NCBI RefSeq assembly: GCF_006345805.1
Contig: NC_043007.1
Coordinates: forward strand, 36,580,001 to 36,644,000
DNA length: 64,000 bases
Reading direction: 5' to 3'
Source: Octopus sinensis
Lineage: Eukaryota
Shown here: in pieces, positions 62,490-64,000 of the stretch
Numbering within the stretch: position 1 is the first letter of the stretch
Layout of the letters: each line of letters opens with the position of its first letter
Position numbers and translations under genes: made by a program
Notes under the pieces: model-generated
What the model saw: only the letters and a program-made list of their open reading frames with translations
Told to the model about the DNA's origin: nothing
Databases searched by the model: none

Positions 62490-62760
62490 ATTGGCTCTAT
62501 TAGGAAGGACTTGTACAAGTCCTACAAGATAGCCCTGACGTCTGCCCTGGATACCATTAACACCAGCCTCTGTAAACTGGTGAACAAACTTGAAGTAGAC
62601 AATCACACAGAGCCCTACAACCCAAAAGCTCTGCATTTCAACCTTAAAAACCACAAAGTGGATTTCATAACCAAATCCTCTATAAGGCTCATCTGTTCTA
62701 CCAAATTGGACTTATGATGAATCAGTAAGAATATACTAGATAATATATAATACCTATAGT
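62490..62760 (+). mobile_element. Penelope-like RT fragment (decayed)
   Basis: HFNLKNHKVDFITKSSIRLICSTKLDL**ISKNILDNI resembles the PLE RT motif YxTLKDHKxNFxxxPxxRLIxPxKSxxGxISKxILDxI. Confidence 0.6.
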
Positions 62761-63479
62761 TAGAAAAAAATTAGACGTCAATTTATAGTCCTGCACAGTT
62801 AAATTTATCACCTAGTTTCACCTTCTTGAAAACAAAAATACTTCCTCATTCTTACAATTTGATATCAACAATTACGACACTTCTATATCTGCTATCTTTA
62901 ACAAAGCTCTCATTTATTATTCTGTAAAATAATATTTAATTAGTTTAAATGTACACAAATGCATAAAATTAATTTTTAATTCCATCAGACATTCTAAAAT
63001 ACTATTAAATTTCATTCAAATTTTACAAAAAGGTAAAATCGGACAGAACTTATGGGATGACCTGATACAATACACACAACCACACACTATTATACACACA
63101 AACACACACTCTACACTATAACACACAGACTACACCAGATACTATACTATACTACACATACAAAATACACCAGACAATAGTCTAGACAACACTATTATAT
63201 GCACAATGCACCTCATAGAACCCTACATATACACACATTGTATATTTATTGTACAATATGTATGTTGTGAATAGTGTGTGTGTGTGTGTGTGTGTGTGTG
63301 TTCTATAGTGTAAATCTGCATGTTCTTTAGTGTATGTGTGCTCGGTAGTATCTCTGCACATTGTGAAGGACACTAGAGACACGGAGAAAGTTTTCTTTTA
63401 AAACTACAGGAGGGAGGATCCTACCACCTCCACCACTACCATCAGCATACTAAACGGTGCGGGGTGGGGGTGGGGGGTA

Positions 63480-63830
63480 ATGAAGTCAAGACTACAACTG
63501 CAAGTCATGGTGTTATTGATGGTAGAGGTAATTGTTGTGGTGGTGGCAGTGGTAGTGGTGGTGGTGGTGGTGAAGGTGGCAGTGGTGGTACTTGTAGGGC
63601 TATTATTAGTAAGTGTTGGCAGTGGTAGAGGTGATGGTGGTTGTAGTAGTGCTTCTTGTAGTGTTACTGCCGGCAATACTGTTAATTGGTAGTAGGGTGG
63701 TGATGGTGTGGTGGTGGTGGTGGTGGTGATGGTGTGGTGGTGGTGGTGAAAGTGGTGGTGGTGAAAGTGGTGGTGGTGAAAGTGGCAGTGGTACTGCTGC
63801 CACTGTTGCTGCTGCTGCTAGCAGCAGTAG
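63480..63830. repeat. (GTG/GTA/GCT) trinucleotide tract
   Basis: Seen directly. Confidence 0.85.
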
Positions 63831-64000
63831 AAAATAAAGAAAGAAGTAAAAGACAAGAGAATACAAGTGCTGCAATCTCAACAATTAAATGGGACATTTT
63901 AAAGAAAGAGTTAATCCCTGTTACATTCAACAGAAACATGCAAGAAAAAGAGTAGCAGGAGGAGGTAATAATAACTGTTACTGATTCAGGTACAAAGGCC

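Overview
This is repeat-saturated eukaryotic DNA, very probably from an Octopus species; that is an inference from my recollection of the SINE/LINE families, not a database result. It is AT-rich intronic or intergenic sequence built from (TA)n/(CA)n/(GA)n/(CAT)n microsatellites and several minisatellites. It also holds dozens of tRNA-derived SINEs (working labels SINE-A, B, D, E, G), decayed RTE-type LINEs with many 3'-end-only copies ending in (GAT)n, Penelope-like fragments, and non-autonomous DNA transposons (piggyBac-like, Tc1/pogo-like, Helitron-like). No complete protein-coding gene is visible, and nearly all listed ORFs are translations of simple repeats. One plausible host exon lies at 61644-61767 (+). 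The most interesting observations are: a full-length U6 snRNA fused to a retroelement 3' tail plus A10 and inserted into a SINE head; a C4HC3 PHD-type finger inside the RT domain of the RTE LINE; two adjacent long near-perfect hairpins at 16.5-17.05 kb; CCAAT arrays with about 33-bp period; a pre-miRNA-sized hairpin; and a variant minimal hammerhead motif in a Penelope-like fragment. Coordinates of degenerate repeats are approximate (about +/-10-20 bp). All alignments were done by eye.
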